A model generated the notes under the pieces. The model was not told the origin of the DNA. It saw only the letters and a list, made by a program, of their open reading frames with translations, and made no database searches. The position numbers and the translations under genes are program-made. This document shows positions 9,244 to 21,343 of a stretch of DNA of 64,000 nt, one piece after another (within the stretch, counting starts at the first letter, position 1; each line of letters begins with the position of its first letter). The stretch is taken from positions 704,001-768,000 of the forward strand of contig CBDCFW010000006.1 in assembly GCA_965216465.1 (NCBI GenBank). The letters are read 5' to 3'. The stretch is from Bacteroidia bacterium. Lineage in GTDB: Bacteria; Bacteroidota; Bacteroidia; NS11-12g; UBA9320.

Positions 9244-10386
9244 TTATCGAATCACACCACTTCCTACCAAAACATCATCCTCGTACCAAGTTGCGAATTG
9301 ACCTTTTGCCACCGCTTTTTGAGGTTTTTCAAATTCGATGATTAACCCTTTTTCTTTCTTTCTTAATTTAGCAGCAAACAAAGGTTGTCTATAGCGTATC
9401 CTTACTTGATAAGATCGCTCCTCTCCTGGTTTCATTTTTGCACTTGGTAGCAACCAGTGAATATCGTCTTCGTCAACAAACAATCCTTTTCTATTCAAGG
9501 CCTTATGCTGTTCACCTTCACCAACATAAACCGTGTTTGTGTCGGTATTTGTTTGTACAATGAAAAGTGGGTTTGCATAGCCTCCTATATTTAGTCCTTT
9601 TCTTTGGCCAATAGTATAGAAATGAGCTCCATTGTGCTCGCCAATAACCTTGCCATCTGACTCAGCAAATTCATATTCATCTTCGACTTGAAGATCGCTT
9701 TTAAAACCTGGCCATTCGTTTGAAATTTCAACAACGTTGCCTTTCTTTTCTTTGAGTTGTTGTTTCAGAAAATCAGGTAGCTTTACCTTTCCAATAAAGC
9801 ACAGTCCCTGAGAATCACGCTTTTCTGCTGTAACGAGATCTTGTTCTTTAGCGATTCGACGCACTTCACTTTTCTCTAATTCTCCTATTGGAAAAAGAGC
9901 CTTTGCGAGTTGATCTTGATTCACCTGGCAGAGGAAATAACTTTGATCTTTGTTTCCATCTTTACCAGCAAGCAGTCGAAATTCGCCGTTTACCTCATCT
10001 TTTCTGCAATAATGCCCAGTGGCAACATAATCTGCCCCAAGGTTCATAGCGTGTTTTAAAAACGTGTCAAATTTGATTTCGCGATTGCATAGCACATCTG
10101 GATTTGGAGTTCTACCGCTTTTATACTCATCGAACATGTATGACACAATTCGATCATAGTACTCTTTGCTAAGGTCTATGGTGTGAAATGGTATTCCAAG
10201 CTTGTCGGCTACAAGCAATGCATCTTTACTATCCTCCTCCCACGGACATTCATCACTAATTGTGAATTCTGTATCATGCCAGTTTTTCATGAAGACACCA
10301 ATGACTTCATGACCTTGTTCTTGAAGTAAATAAGCAGCTACAGAGGAATCCACTCCTCCCGATAATCCGACAACTACCTTTGCCAT
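9244..10386 (-). CDS. mnmA: tRNA 2-thiouridine(34) synthase
   Basis: [27 protein letters not shown] and SQGLCF. Confidence 0.97.
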   Translation of the reverse strand: MAKVVVGLSGGVDSSVAAYLLQEQGHEVIGVFMKNWHDTEFTISDECPWEEDSKDALLVADKLGIPFHTIDLSKEYYDRIVSYMFDEYKSGRTPNPDVLCNREIKFDTFLKHAMNLGADYVATGHYCRKDEVNGEFRLLAGKDGNKDQSYFLCQVNQDQLAKALFPIGELEKSEVRRIAKEQDLVTAEKRDSQGLCFIGKVKLPDFLKQQLKEKKGNVVEISNEWPGFKSDLQVEDEYEFAESDGKVIGEHNGAHFYTIGQRKGLNIGGYANPLFIVQTNTDTNTVYVGEGEQHKALNRKGLFVDEDDIHWLLPSAKMKPGEERSYQVRIRYRQPLFAAKLRKKEKGLIIEFEKPQKAVAKGQFATWYEDDVLVGSGVIR

Positions 10387-10393
10387 TTCATTC

Positions 10394-12886
10394 TTATTCT
10401 ATAACGTTCAATTTAAAATGAAGCTGTTTGTTATCATCAATAAAGGTAATGATATAAACAGAGGAAGGTAAAACAGGTACGACTAAGGTATTGTTCACTA
10501 AACTCCCTCGATTCATTACTTTTCCTTCCAGATTAGTAATGATGTATTGCTTCATTGCATCACCTTTAAAGGTAATATGTTGCCCAACTTTAGCTGGATT
10601 AGGATAGAAGAACCTCAAGTTCTCCAACTCTTCAATAGAAGCTCTGAAATTTAAATTGTAATCTCGATCAACACTATCAATTCCGCAGAAATTTGACACA
10701 AATAATTCTGCAGTATAGCTTCCTTTATCGGGATACGCATGTGTTGGGTTTTCTTCTGTTGATGTGTTTCCATCACCAAAATCCCAATGAAATTCTATCC
10801 CATGATCTGATATGTTGGTGAAGTCTATTTCTAAGCCATCAATAACTTCTGTGAACTTAGGATCTACAAATGGAATAACTTCAACAGTATCTGTTTGTGG
10901 TTCACTCACGCCACAGGCATTTGCAGCAATAACTGCAACCGTGTGCACCCCTGCTTCTGTCCATTCAACTTGAACTAACTCGGTGGTTGTACTTCCATTA
11001 AAAGACCCTCCTCCAGACAAGGTCCAGAAGTAAGATTCTGCGGTTGGAACAGGGTTAATGCTATAATTACTGAATCCAAAACAGGCACTGTCGTTGGTAA
11101 TAAAGCTACCCGGCGTGTCCAATGAATCTATTTCAACAAAAACAGTTTTTTCGACGGTATCAGAGCCAATAATGTTTGTGGTTATCAAAGTAATTGTTTT
11201 GGTTCCAGAAGTAGTATAAATTACGGTATGTGGCCCTTCTGTGCTGGCCGTGGCCGGACTCGCACCGTCACCAAAATCCCAAGAATACACTGTTACTGTA
11301 CCCGTTGTATTGTCTGTTACGGTAAAGTCCTCTTCGGGGCATAAAACAGCAACACTCGTGTTAAAATCACCTTCTGGTGGAGTCAAGTTACAAGAGTTAT
11401 TTGGGACAGCAACCATAGGAGTTGGACCACATGGGCTTGAAACAACTCCTCGACCTGTTACGTACTGACCTGCTGCAATATCCGTAGCTACTAAATTTGC
11501 TTTGCGCACTCCATTCGACAAAGAGTAGTGCATTACTTTAGCATTATCTCTAACATGACCCAGCTGGAGGCCATGTCCCAATTCGTGGGTAGCAACACTC
11601 TGAAAATCATATTGATTGCTGCCTGGATTACCCGTCCCATAATACCAGCTGTATGTGCTGTCAAACTGAATATCTAGTTCTCTAACGAACCAGTTTAGGT
11701 TAGTATTTGCACTGAACCAACATCCGGAATACCAGCTGTAACAAACGCCCAGTTTTCCATCACCAAAATTGGTAAATCGAACAACATTCACATCGTCTTG
11801 GCCATCAACAGTATCTACTGTAGTAGTTGCTCCAATTATCCAATTCATTTGCGTTTCGCATCTCCATTCTTCCAATGACCGTGTAAAAGAAGTCACGGCA
11901 GCAGCTTTATTAGCAAAGTTTGATGCAAATTGCCACGTATATCCGCCTAAACTATTGTCATTCACATGGTCTATTTGGAAAGCTGGAGTATCTCCCGAAG
12001 GCAATGGGTAAAATAAATTTGAGTGGGCCCAATCTATGGTCAAATTGCTTGAAGATTCACCCGATTCGTCATTGTCGTTCACTACTTCAACGGTTCCCGT
12101 TCCTGCTCGTGACGGAACAATAACCTTAATCTCTGTATTGCTCCAACTCTTATACGACCAGCCAACAGGTGGATAGTAATATCTGCCATCGCCAAAGTTC
12201 GCATCTTTAAACCCAACTTTACCATTACCTCTGGTCGCACCGAAATTTGACCCGTTAATGGTTAGCTCTGTTTCTGTTCCTGAATTAAGTGTATCTAAAC
12301 TAAACGATGAAATTACTGGGTTAGCAAGTGCTCTAATCTGCTTTTTGCCCGCCTCTACATTGACATCTTTTACTGTGCTGTAATTCTCTTTGGTTATAGA
12401 CTTAATGGTTTCGTATAAGTCAAAGCGAATCGAGTTGTATTTTGCACTGATATCAAATGCTTTATAGTTCACTAAATCATAGTGAATAAAAGACTGAATT
12501 GAAGCAGTTGGTTGATATAGGTCACCATATCCCGACAAAGGTTTAGTGCTCTTTTTAACCAATATGATTCCTGTTTCTTTAACTTCTAGCTCCAAAGACG
12601 GACTAGCAACAAGTCTATTTAACCCTACGGTTCCTCCTTCTGTAACAACATTTATAATGCTATTGGCATAGCTACCTTTAAATGATTTATAAACTTCAAT
12701 CGTATTGATCGTATAAATCATCTTGTGATTGTCGTCCCAAACACTTTGTTTATCAATTATTTTACCTTCAATTACAAGATCACTTTTCTTGATTCTTTTC
12801 TCTAAAGACCAAGGCTCGATCATACATTGTGCAATTGCTAAAGAACTAAATAGGATAAGTGCTAATAAGCTACTGAGGTGTTTCAT
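10394..12886 (-). CDS. Secreted T9SS metzincin (M10/matrixin-like) protease with IPT/TIG and PKD domains
   Basis: [11 protein letters not shown] plus VMHY Met-turn; WDFGDG PKD motifs; YPNP CTD; signal peptide. Confidence 0.85.
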   Translation of the reverse strand: MKHLSSLLALILFSSLAIAQCMIEPWSLEKRIKKSDLVIEGKIIDKQSVWDDNHKMIYTINTIEVYKSFKGSYANSIINVVTEGGTVGLNRLVASPSLELEVKETGIILVKKSTKPLSGYGDLYQPTASIQSFIHYDLVNYKAFDISAKYNSIRFDLYETIKSITKENYSTVKDVNVEAGKKQIRALANPVISSFSLDTLNSGTETELTINGSNFGATRGNGKVGFKDANFGDGRYYYPPVGWSYKSWSNTEIKVIVPSRAGTGTVEVVNDNDESGESSSNLTIDWAHSNLFYPLPSGDTPAFQIDHVNDNSLGGYTWQFASNFANKAAAVTSFTRSLEEWRCETQMNWIIGATTTVDTVDGQDDVNVVRFTNFGDGKLGVCYSWYSGCWFSANTNLNWFVRELDIQFDSTYSWYYGTGNPGSNQYDFQSVATHELGHGLQLGHVRDNAKVMHYSLSNGVRKANLVATDIAAGQYVTGRGVVSSPCGPTPMVAVPNNSCNLTPPEGDFNTSVAVLCPEEDFTVTDNTTGTVTVYSWDFGDGASPATASTEGPHTVIYTTSGTKTITLITTNIIGSDTVEKTVFVEIDSLDTPGSFITNDSACFGFSNYSINPVPTAESYFWTLSGGGSFNGSTTTELVQVEWTEAGVHTVAVIAANACGVSEPQTDTVEVIPFVDPKFTEVIDGLEIDFTNISDHGIEFHWDFGDGNTSTEENPTHAYPDKGSYTAELFVSNFCGIDSVDRDYNLNFRASIEELENLRFFYPNPAKVGQHITFKGDAMKQYIITNLEGKVMNRGSLVNNTLVVPVLPSSVYIITFIDDNKQLHFKLNVIE

Positions 12887-13015
12887 CGTAAATTTATTTT
12901 AGTTGTTGTAGTTGCATTTTACCCCTGTTTCCAACGGATATAGGAATAAATTGTAAAAACAAATTTAGGAAGATATCTAATGGTACTGCAATTTATTATT
13001 AACATTTGCACTGAT

Positions 13016-14185
13016 TTGAAAAAGGATATAAACAAGACCATTGGAATATTAGGAGGAGGTCAATTGGGTAAGATGCTTTTTGAAGCAGGATCACCCATGA
13101 ACTTGAATTATCAGTTTCTTGAAAAATCTTCTGATTGCCCAGCATCGTTAGTGTCTAACAATCAGGTTGTTGGCGGATTAAAGGACGAAGCAAAGATTAG
13201 AGAATTAGCTCAATTATCTGACGTGTTATCCTACGAAATTGAGCATGTGAATGTTGACGCTCTTGAAGCATTAGAGGGTGAAGGGAAATTGGTGATTCCT
13301 CAATCTAGCGTTCTAAGAATTATACAAGACAAAGGCTTACAAAAAGCATTTTATGCCAAGCATCAAACCCCAACTTTAGCTTTTGAATTGGCCGGCTCAA
13401 GTGATCTTGCAGAAAAGGTTGAGGCCTGGCCCGATGACCGTTTTGTGCTTAAACATCGAAAAGGTGGATATGATGGTAAGGGAGTTCAATTGCTGTCTAA
13501 ATCGAAGTTTAATGAGCTTCACAATACAAATGACGAATCGCTGCAAAGCAATGATGGTTATGTGATAGAAAAACTAGCGGTTGACGCTACTGAAGTTTCT
13601 GTAATTGTGGCTATTGGTCAACAGGGAGATGTAGTAGAGTATGAGCCTTGTGAAATGGTTTTTGATCCTAAGTCAAATCTGATGGACTATTTAATAGCCC
13701 CAGCTGCAATTTCTGAAGACATAATAGCTCGATGCAAAGAGGTAGCTTCAATGGCCGTTAAGGCGTTTAACAGCCCGGGAATGTTTGCTGTTGAACTGTT
13801 CGCAACCGGTACTGGGGATGTATATGTTAATGAGATAGCTCCTCGTCCACACAATAGCGGACACCACACCATTGAATCATCGATTACCTCTCAGTACGAG
13901 CAACTTAATCGCATACTTTTAGGCATGCCGGTTGGAGACACCCAGTTACTTTGCCCAGCTGCAACGTGCAATATTGTTGGACCTGAGGACGTAAATGGAG
14001 AATACTACCTTCACAATATTGAGTCTGTTTTAGCCATTCCTGGAGTATACATTCATATGTATGGCAAGAAAACAACTTCGCCTTTCAGAAAACTAGGGCA
14101 TTTCACTGTTTTAGGAAATACAAAAGAGGATGTAGTTGCCAAAATGAATAAGGTAAAACAAAGCTTAACCATAAAAAGCGTTTAA
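13016..14185 (+). CDS. purK: N5-CAIR synthase
   Basis: GILGGGQLGKM, GGYDGKG, NEIAPRPHNSGH and RKLGH; TTG 13016 is the likely start. Confidence 0.95.
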   Translation: MKKDINKTIGILGGGQLGKMLFEAGSPMNLNYQFLEKSSDCPASLVSNNQVVGGLKDEAKIRELAQLSDVLSYEIEHVNVDALEALEGEGKLVIPQSSVLRIIQDKGLQKAFYAKHQTPTLAFELAGSSDLAEKVEAWPDDRFVLKHRKGGYDGKGVQLLSKSKFNELHNTNDESLQSNDGYVIEKLAVDATEVSVIVAIGQQGDVVEYEPCEMVFDPKSNLMDYLIAPAAISEDIIARCKEVASMAVKAFNSPGMFAVELFATGTGDVYVNEIAPRPHNSGHHTIESSITSQYEQLNRILLGMPVGDTQLLCPAATCNIVGPEDVNGEYYLHNIESVLAIPGVYIHMYGKKTTSPFRKLGHFTVLGNTKEDVVAKMNKVKQSLTIKSV

Positions 14186-14197
14186 TTTGAACAATAT

Positions 14198-14713
14198 ATG
14201 GCTGATGTACTAATAATAATGGGATCTGATTCTGACCTACCTGTAATGGCAGAATCAGCAAAAGTTTTAGATGCACTTAATGTTTCTTACCATTTAACTG
14301 TGGTTTCTGCACATAGAACACCTGACCGAATGTATGAATACACTAAAAAAGCACATACCGATGGATTTAAGGTGATTATTGCAGGTGCAGGAGGTGCTGC
14401 CCACTTGCCAGGAATGGTAGCATCGCTAACTCCTCTTCCAGTAATCGGGGTTCCAGTTAAATCAAGTAATATGAGCGGTATTGATTCCTTGTATTCAATT
14501 GTGCAAATGCCTCCAGGTATTCCAGTTGCTACTATGGCAATCAATGGAGCTAAAAATGCAGGAATTATGGCAGCCAAAATGATTGGGGCACATGATTCTG
14601 CAGTACAACAACGCGTTTTGGACTACAGTGCCGATATGGAAAACACGGTGTTAGGAAAAGCCGAAGCACTAGAAAACATGGGATACCGAGAATATCTCGA
14701 CCAAAAGAAATGA
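14198..14713 (+). CDS. purE: N5-CAIR mutase
   Basis: [22 protein letters not shown] and [11 protein letters not shown]. Confidence 0.97.
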   Translation: MADVLIIMGSDSDLPVMAESAKVLDALNVSYHLTVVSAHRTPDRMYEYTKKAHTDGFKVIIAGAGGAAHLPGMVASLTPLPVIGVPVKSSNMSGIDSLYSIVQMPPGIPVATMAINGAKNAGIMAAKMIGAHDSAVQQRVLDYSADMENTVLGKAEALENMGYREYLDQKK

Positions 14714-15285
14714 TCATTGTTGATGACTGCCTCGTTTCGGAGGATGTACTCGAAAAGAAGTTTGCTTGCGATGTTTCTGCGTGCAAGGGTGCATGCTGTA
14801 TTGAAGGTGATGCTGGTGCTCCATTAGAACGAGATGAGGTTGAAAGCATTGAGAAAAATCTAGATCTAATCAAGTCTGAAATGGATGCTGAAGGTCTAGA
14901 ACTATTAGAAAAAGACGGTTTTTACGAAAACGACCCGTTTGATAGCATGCTAGTTACTACTTGCAAATCGAATAAAGAGTGTGTTTTTGTAGTGAGAAAA
15001 GACGGAATTTTAAACTGTGCAATCGAAATAGCCAACAGTAAGCACAATTTTAACTATCCAAAACCTATAAGTTGTCACTTATATCCTGTGCGTGTAAGCA
15101 AATACAACGAATACTACGCACTAAATTATCATAAATGGAGTATTTGTGCCGATGCATGTACAAAAGGTCAAAAAGAAGACATCAAAGTGTTTGAATTTGC
15201 AAAAACTGCTTTAATAAGAAAATTTGGAGAAGATTGGTACGAAAACCTGGAAGGAGCTGTTACTGCATATTATGATAAGCCATAA
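14710..15285 (+). CDS. DUF3109 family Cys-rich protein
   Basis: [22 protein letters not shown] and KPISCHLYP; ATGA overlap with purE. Confidence 0.85.
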   Translation: MIIVDDCLVSEDVLEKKFACDVSACKGACCIEGDAGAPLERDEVESIEKNLDLIKSEMDAEGLELLEKDGFYENDPFDSMLVTTCKSNKECVFVVRKDGILNCAIEIANSKHNFNYPKPISCHLYPVRVSKYNEYYALNYHKWSICADACTKGQKEDIKVFEFAKTALIRKFGEDWYENLEGAVTAYYDKP

Positions 15286-15664
15286 CCTTTCCTTTAATGG
15301 TAGCTAGCTTACCGTTGTAATAGGTTTTCATAGATACAAGAATCCCATTTTCATCCCACTCCTCGTAAACTCCATCCATTTCACCTTTAACGTAGTTAAC
15401 ATTCATCTTTTTCATGCCATTTGGCCAGTATTTTATCGCTCTACCGGATAAAACACCATTTTGATAAAGTCTAACGTCTTTAAGCTTTCCTGATGGGTAA
15501 TACGCCTTATATAAGCCATGAACATGGCCATTAAGATAATTGCATTCGGAATACCCTTCTTCTTCCTGCTTTTTAAGAACTCCACTATAGGGCTCTCCAG
15601 CAAGGTATAAGAAACTGTCTTTTACGACTAAGTCTTCCTTTATTTCGGCGTAAGTAGCGGTCAT
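15260..15664 (-). CDS. MORN2-repeat (YwqK-like) protein
   Basis: Repeated Y.NG..HG....YY..G.L units. Confidence 0.75.
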   Translation of the reverse strand: MTATYAEIKEDLVVKDSFLYLAGEPYSGVLKKQEEEGYSECNYLNGHVHGLYKAYYPSGKLKDVRLYQNGVLSGRAIKYWPNGMKKMNVNYVKGEMDGVYEEWDENGILVSMKTYYNGKLATIKGKVMAYHNMQ

Positions 15665-15715
15665 TTTAGTAGCTGAACCTCTACAAAGTAACGAATTTTA
15701 GTCGAAAAATCAAAA

Positions 15716-15735
15716 TTATCCACAATTGTGGATTA
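15716..15735. promoter_or_regulatory. Inverted pair of DnaA boxes (TTATCCACA / TGTGGATTA)
   Basis: One perfect R-box plus a 1-mismatch box forming the palindrome ATCCACAATTGTGGAT. Confidence 0.6.
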
Positions 15736-15743
15736 CTCAAAAC

Positions 15744-15772
15744 AAAAAAAAGTCCCGCATAACGGGACTTTT
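15744..15772 (-). terminator. Intrinsic terminator of nrdJ
   Basis: AAAAGTCCCG-CATAA-CGGGACTTTT with an 8-A run (U-tract on the minus strand). Confidence 0.85.
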
Positions 15773-15792
15773 AATTTTCTATTTAAATGTGA

Positions 15793-18700
15793 TTAACTAC
15801 AGCCAGTAGTTGTACCACAGTTCGTACATAAATGACAAGTACCGTTTCTAATCAATGCTAAACTTCCGCAGTTTGTACAAGGAAGTGCATCAGAAGATGT
15901 ACCTGTTGGTGGAGTCGCAACTTTTTGAACCATAGCAGCCTTTTGTACTTCTGGTTTCTTTGTTGTTTCTGCAACAGTTGGCAAGTCGTCTGAAACAGTC
16001 TCAATTACTTTAGGTTCTGCCTTTTCAGTTGGCTTGATATGAACAAGGTCAGTTCTATTCAAGTATTCAAATCCTAGCAATCTAAAGATGTAATCGATTA
16101 TAGAAGTTGAGTTCTTGATATTTGGATGACCCTCAACCATTCCACTTGGCTCAAATCGAGTAAATGTAAACTTACTTACGTATTCTTCCAATGGAACACC
16201 GTATTGTAATCCAATTGATACTGCAATTGAGAAACAGTTCATTAATGATCTAAATGTAGCTCCTTCACGGTGCATATCGATAAAGATCTCTCCTAAAGTA
16301 CCATCGTTATACTCACCGGTTCTAACAAAAAGAGTCTGTCCTCCTACTTTGGCTTTTTGCGTAAATCCTCTACGCTTCCAAGGCAATCGCTTACGCTCAA
16401 CAATACTAGATAGCTGTCTCATAAACTCTGTACCTTTAGAATTATCTAGAATTTTTTGAGCTGCCTCAAGTACTTGATCTTGTGTAAGTTCATCGATACT
16501 TAGGTTCGCTGCATTGCCAATCGCGTTATCAACCGCATCGATTGTAGTTTCTTCCTCTTCTTCAGCCACATCAGATTTGTTGCTAAGTGGTTGAGATAGT
16601 TTACAACCGTCTCTATATAATGCATTCGCTTTAGTTCCTAGCTCCCAGCTTAATTGGTAGCAAGATTTGATATCGTCAACAGTTGCTTCATTTGGAAGGT
16701 TGATTGTTTTAGAAATTGCTCCAGACAAGAATGGTTGAGCAGCAGCCATCATTTTAATGTGACCGTGAGCGTGAATGTATCTTTCACCTTTCTCACCACA
16801 CTTGTTCGCACAATCAAATACAGCATAGTGCTCATCTTTAAGATAAGGAGCTCCTTCGATAGTCATTGTACCACAAACGTAGTCGTTTGCTTCTGCAATT
16901 TCCTTTTTGCTGAAACCTAGCTCTCTAAGCAAGTTGAAGTTAGAAGAGTTGTATTTCTCAGCAGTAAATCCAAGGCGTTGCATTGCATCTTCTCCAAGAG
17001 TCCATTGGTTAAACGCGAAGCTGATTTCAAAAGCTGAAGCTAATGCACCTTCAATTTTCTCAATATCTTGTTCGTTGAATCCTTTCGATCTTAATGTATC
17101 GTGATTAATAGAAGGAGCACCGTTTAATGTTGCGTACCCTTTGGCATAATTTACAATAGCATCGATTTGATCTTCTGGGTAGTTTAAGTTTTTAAGCGCT
17201 AGAGGTACAGATTGGTTAACAATTTTGAAGTATCCTCCACCTGATAATTTTTTAAACTTAACAAGTGCAAAGTCTGGCTCAATACCAGTAGTATCACAAT
17301 CCATAACAAGTCCAATTGTACCTGTAGGTGCAATTACAGTTGTTTGAGCATTGCGGTATCCGTGTTCTTCACCCCATTGAACAGCTTTATCCCAAGCACC
17401 TGTAGCAGATCCTAATAGGTAGTCTGGGCAGTGTTGTGGGTCAATTCCAACAGGTTTAACACTTAAACCATCATATTCATCAACATTGTAAGCAGCATAA
17501 CGGTGATTTTTCATCACGCGAAGCATGTGCTTTTTGTTCTTTTTGTATTGCTTGAATGGTCCTAAGAAAGAAGCCATTTCAGCTGATGTAGCATATGCTG
17601 TTCCGGTTAATATCGCAGTAACAGCTCCGCCAATTGCAGTTGCTTCGTCACTATCGTATGGAATACCTGATACCATAAGTACAGATCCTAAGTTTGCATA
17701 ACCAAGACCTAAAGTTCTGTATTCGTAAGATAATCTAGCAACTTCTTTACTTGGGAACTGAGCCATAAGAACAGAAATCTCAAGAACTACTGTCCAAAGT
17801 CTAGAGGCATATTCAATAGCTTCAACATCAAACTTGCACTCTTCCTCGTCGAAGTATTTTCTCAAGTTAAGCGATGCAAGGTTACAAGCTGTATTGTCTA
17901 AGAACATGTATTCAGAACATGGGTTAGATGCGTTAATCTGTCCACCTTCTGGGCAAGTATGCCATTCATTAATTGTTGTATCAAACTGAACACCTGGATC
18001 AGCACAAGCCCAAGCTGCAAATGAGATATCATCCCAAACTTTACTAGCAGGAACTGAATCAATAGCTTTACCTGAAGTTCTTGAAATTAATTCCCACTCT
18101 CCTTCGTTCTTTAATGCTTCAAAGAATTTGTTAGGAATACGTACTGAGTTATTTGAGTTTTGACCTGATACTGTTTGATAAGCTTCACCTTCGTAGTCGG
18201 AAGCATAGCCCGCATCGATCAAAGCCTTTACTTTCTTTTCTTCATCTTTCTTCCAGTTGATGAAAGACATTATTTCGGGGTGGTCTAAATCAAGACAAAC
18301 CATTTTAGCAGCTCTACGAGTTGTTCCTCCAGATTTGATAGCACCAGCAGCTCTATCACCTATTTTAAGGAAGCTCATTAAACCACTAGAAAAACCACCA
18401 CCGCTTAATTTTTCATTAGCTCCTCTAATTGAAGAGAAGTTAGTACCTACACCAGAACCGTATTTAAAGATTCTAGCTTCACGAACCCAAAGATCCATAA
18501 TTCCACCTTCGTTAACTAGATCATCGTCTACAGACAAGATAAAGCACGCGTGTGGTTGAGGGCGTTCGTATGCTGAAGTTGATTTCTTTACAGCTCCAGT
18601 ATCGTGATCTGAGTAGTAATGTCCTTGTGGCTTTCCTGTAATGCCATAAGAACTATGAAGACCAGTATTAAACCATTGTGGACTGTTAGGAGCAGCCATT

Positions 18701-19089
18701 TGACCCAAAATACTATAAACCAACTCGTCATAGAATACTTGAGCATCTTTTTTAGAAGCAAAGTATCCATACTCTTCACCCCAAGATTTCCAACAATTTG
18801 CTAGTCTGTGAGCAACTTGCTTTACAGATGACTCAGAGCCTGTAGATCCATCCTCTTGTGGAACCCCAGCTTTTCTAAAATATTTTTGAGCGAGGATGTC
18901 TGTTGCTACCTGAGACCAATCTTTAGGCACTTCAACATTCTCCATCTTAAACACCTCATCTCCAGCAGGATTCTTGATTACAGATGTTCTGTATTCATAT
19001 TCATACTGGTCGGTAGGTGCTACTCCCTCTTTCGTGTTAAAGCGCTTAAATTTTAACGCTTCTTTGTTGTACTTTGGCTTCTTGCTCAT
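15793..19089 (-). CDS. nrdJ: Adenosylcobalamin-dependent (class II) ribonucleotide reductase with C-terminal TSCPD domain and Zn ribbon
   Basis: [40 protein letters not shown] and CTNC..CTNC; ATG 19089 preferred. Confidence 0.95.
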   Translation of the reverse strand: MSKKPKYNKEALKFKRFNTKEGVAPTDQYEYEYRTSVIKNPAGDEVFKMENVEVPKDWSQVATDILAQKYFRKAGVPQEDGSTGSESSVKQVAHRLANCWKSWGEEYGYFASKKDAQVFYDELVYSILGQMAAPNSPQWFNTGLHSSYGITGKPQGHYYSDHDTGAVKKSTSAYERPQPHACFILSVDDDLVNEGGIMDLWVREARIFKYGSGVGTNFSSIRGANEKLSGGGFSSGLMSFLKIGDRAAGAIKSGGTTRRAAKMVCLDLDHPEIMSFINWKKDEEKKVKALIDAGYASDYEGEAYQTVSGQNSNNSVRIPNKFFEALKNEGEWELISRTSGKAIDSVPASKVWDDISFAAWACADPGVQFDTTINEWHTCPEGGQINASNPCSEYMFLDNTACNLASLNLRKYFDEEECKFDVEAIEYASRLWTVVLEISVLMAQFPSKEVARLSYEYRTLGLGYANLGSVLMVSGIPYDSDEATAIGGAVTAILTGTAYATSAEMASFLGPFKQYKKNKKHMLRVMKNHRYAAYNVDEYDGLSVKPVGIDPQHCPDYLLGSATGAWDKAVQWGEEHGYRNAQTTVIAPTGTIGLVMDCDTTGIEPDFALVKFKKLSGGGYFKIVNQSVPLALKNLNYPEDQIDAIVNYAKGYATLNGAPSINHDTLRSKGFNEQDIEKIEGALASAFEISFAFNQWTLGEDAMQRLGFTAEKYNSSNFNLLRELGFSKKEIAEANDYVCGTMTIEGAPYLKDEHYAVFDCANKCGEKGERYIHAHGHIKMMAAAQPFLSGAISKTINLPNEATVDDIKSCYQLSWELGTKANALYRDGCKLSQPLSNKSDVAEEEEETTIDAVDNAIGNAANLSIDELTQDQVLEAAQKILDNSKGTEFMRQLSSIVERKRLPWKRRGFTQKAKVGGQTLFVRTGEYNDGTLGEIFIDMHREGATFRSLMNCFSIAVSIGLQYGVPLEEYVSKFTFTRFEPSGMVEGHPNIKNSTSIIDYIFRLLGFEYLNRTDLVHIKPTEKAEPKVIETVSDDLPTVAETTKKPEVQKAAMVQKVATPPTGTSSDALPCTNCGSLALIRNGTCHLCTNCGTTTGCS

Positions 19090-19302
19090 TAAATTAAGTT
19101 TTTGGTTTATCGTATAATTAATTCGGTTTGTTTCATCTAACAAATATCGCTCATTCGAAAAAAAATATAGCGAGTTTTTCGTCAAAAATATGTTCTTAAA
19201 CTATCATATAAAGGTTAGCTTTTTCCACACATAAACACATAAATTTTTCAATTGACTTATTTTTAAGAGATTTGCAATGTTGATAACAAAAAAATAGAGG
19301 TA

Positions 19303-19329
19303 AAATTGAGCAATTTCCGTGCTCAATTT
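19303..19329. promoter_or_regulatory. Perfect 10-bp inverted repeat AAATTGAGCA-N7-TGCTCAATTT (operator-like)
   Basis: Read directly in the divergent nrdJ/GGGPS gap, 11 nt upstream of TAACTTTG (19341-48). Confidence 0.5.
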
Positions 19330-19413
19330 AACTTTCCTGATAACTTTGCTTACAAATAACAGGCTATTAGCATTTTAGATAAAATAACGAAAAAGACGCT
19401 AGCTTCTACTAAG

Positions 19414-20127
19414 ATGATTTCGGTTCTTATAGATCCAGACAAAGCGTCTGATAATCAGCTAAATGCTCTCGTAAACCATCCAGAATTTGAAAAAATTGAC
19501 TTTCTGTTTGTAGGTGGAAGTTTGGTTACCGACGGAAGCATGAAATCGTGCATCCGAGCACTTAAAAATAAGACGAATAAACCCCTTGTTATTTTCCCTG
19601 GAAGTCCCAATCAAATTGATGAGCACGCAGACGCTATTTTGCTGCTTTCTTTAATCAGTGGAAGGAATCCAGACCTCTTAATTGGCCGCCATGTTGAGTC
19701 TGCTTATAAGTTAAAGGCTTCAGAGTTGGAAATCATCTCAACTGGCTATATTTTGATTGATGGTGGAAGAACCACAACTGTTTCATACATCAGTGGTACA
19801 ACTCCTATTCCTCAAGACAAACCAGGAATAGCAGCAGCAACTGCATTAGCAGGATATCAACTAGGCAATAAACTAATTTATTTAGATTGTGGGTCAGGAG
19901 CAAATCAGCACGCATCGCCACAAATTATCAAAGCCGTAAAGGATGAAATTAATGTACCTCTAATTGTTGGTGGTGGAATTAAGTCTAAAGAAGAAGCTTT
20001 AGCTGTTTTTAAAGCAGGAGCAGATATTGTGGTAGTTGGGAATAAGTTAGAACAAGATCCTACCTTCCTTTCTGAGTTGGTTGAGGCTAAAGAGCAGTTT
20101 ACACTGCCTCCAGTTCAAACACAGTAA
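19414..20127 (+). CDS. Geranylgeranylglyceryl/heptaprenylglyceryl phosphate synthase (PcrB-like, group II); true start possibly ATT 19366
   Basis: LIDPDK, FVGGS, SLISGRNP, TGYILIDGG, YLDCGSGA and VGGGIK. Confidence 0.92.
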   Translation: MISVLIDPDKASDNQLNALVNHPEFEKIDFLFVGGSLVTDGSMKSCIRALKNKTNKPLVIFPGSPNQIDEHADAILLLSLISGRNPDLLIGRHVESAYKLKASELEIISTGYILIDGGRTTTVSYISGTTPIPQDKPGIAAATALAGYQLGNKLIYLDCGSGANQHASPQIIKAVKDEINVPLIVGGGIKSKEEALAVFKAGADIVVVGNKLEQDPTFLSELVEAKEQFTLPPVQTQ

Positions 20128-21343
20128 TCTCTGGGAAAAACCCGAGTCTTCCTGGGTATCCTAAATAACCAAACCCTCTGTTTACATAAAGATATCTCCC
20201 ATCTTCTTCGTAAAGATCAGCCCATTCCTTGTATTGGTATTTAACAGGACTCCATCGATAGTATTTTGTGTCAATGCCAAACTGCATGCCATGCGTATGA
20301 CCAGAAAATACTGCGTCAATATCTGGATAATCGGTTAACACCTCAGCTTTCCAGTGACTGGGATCGTGCGAAAGTAGCAGCTTGTTCTCTACATCTTCAG
20401 TTCCTTTATGTGCTTCACTTAAACTGCCATATTTAGGAAAGCGGGCGTGTGCACTCCAGTTTTCTATCCCTAAAACAGCAAGTTTTTCCCCGTCTTTTTC
20501 AATAATGTGGTTTTCGTTCATGAGCAGTTTCCAACCCATATCGGCATGGTGCTGTTTTAGGTTAGCAAGATTTTGCTCTTTAGTTAGCCCATCTTTGTTT
20601 GGCCACGAAACATAATCACCATAATCGTGGTTACCCAACACTGAATACACACCATGTTCTGCAGACAATGCATCAAACACGGGTTTGTATTCATTAAACT
20701 CATCAGCAGTATTGTTAACCAAATCTCCCGTAAAGAAAATCGCATCGGGTTTTTGATCCATAATCATTTGAATGCCTTTCTTCACAGATTCCTTACTCCA
20801 AAAGCTACCAGAATGCACATCTGAAATTTGAACGATTTTAAATCCATTAAATGCCGAAGGTAAATTCTTCAATTTAAGCTTTCGGTTAAACACTTTATAG
20901 TTGTGTGCTCCTTTCAAAATTCCATATGTGAGCCCTGAGAACAAACTTCCAGCCACTAGCGCTCCTGCAGACATAATAAACTGTGAACGTGAAATATCGC
21001 TTAGATTTGGTTTACGTTGAATGGCATTTGATGACAATCTGAAGAGTCTCACAACATCGTCAATCAACATAAAAATTAGCCAAGCAAATTTTGCAATGTA
21101 AATGCCAAACAACATTGAGCCAATCCACATAACCGCTTTACTCTTTCTAGGGTCAACTGCTTGATTCGATGCAACTAGAAGTGCAATTACCAATCCAATA
21201 GGGATAGCCCAATAAAGTACGCTCAAACTTGTTGTAAACGTGGGTGCCCATCTTTTTGCGAGCACTCTGAATCCTTGAAAAACATAGATATCGATGCCCA
21301 AAAGGATTAAAATAAATATATAGAAGCCAATAGATCGAGGCAT
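20099..21343 (-). CDS. Membrane-anchored metallophosphoesterase (YkuE/YaeI-like)
   Basis: SDVHSG, TGDLVN, GNHDY, LSHDP and GHTHG; N-terminal TM helices; ATG 21343 preferred. Confidence 0.9.
   Translation of the reverse strand: MPRSIGFYIFILILLGIDIYVFQGFRVLAKRWAPTFTTSLSVLYWAIPIGLVIALLVASNQAVDPRKSKAVMWIGSMLFGIYIAKFAWLIFMLIDDVVRLFRLSSNAIQRKPNLSDISRSQFIMSAGALVAGSLFSGLTYGILKGAHNYKVFNRKLKLKNLPSAFNGFKIVQISDVHSGSFWSKESVKKGIQMIMDQKPDAIFFTGDLVNNTADEFNEYKPVFDALSAEHGVYSVLGNHDYGDYVSWPNKDGLTKEQNLANLKQHHADMGWKLLMNENHIIEKDGEKLAVLGIENWSAHARFPKYGSLSEAHKGTEDVENKLLLSHDPSHWKAEVLTDYPDIDAVFSGHTHGMQFGIDTKYYRWSPVKYQYKEWADLYEEDGRYLYVNRGFGYLGYPGRLGFFPEITVFELEAV

Noticed and set aside
15260-15664. YwqK-like antitoxin of a toxin-antitoxin pair
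   Set aside because: Generic MORN2 repeats with no adjacent toxin
15793-19089. Intein or intron in nrdJ
   Set aside because: Continuous ORF of ordinary long-NrdJ architecture; no C/S...HN splice motifs or LAGLIDADG seen
19090-19360. Cobalamin riboswitch or NrdR boxes upstream of nrdJ
   Set aside because: The region is too AT-rich and lacks the B12-box core; no convincing NrdR palindrome
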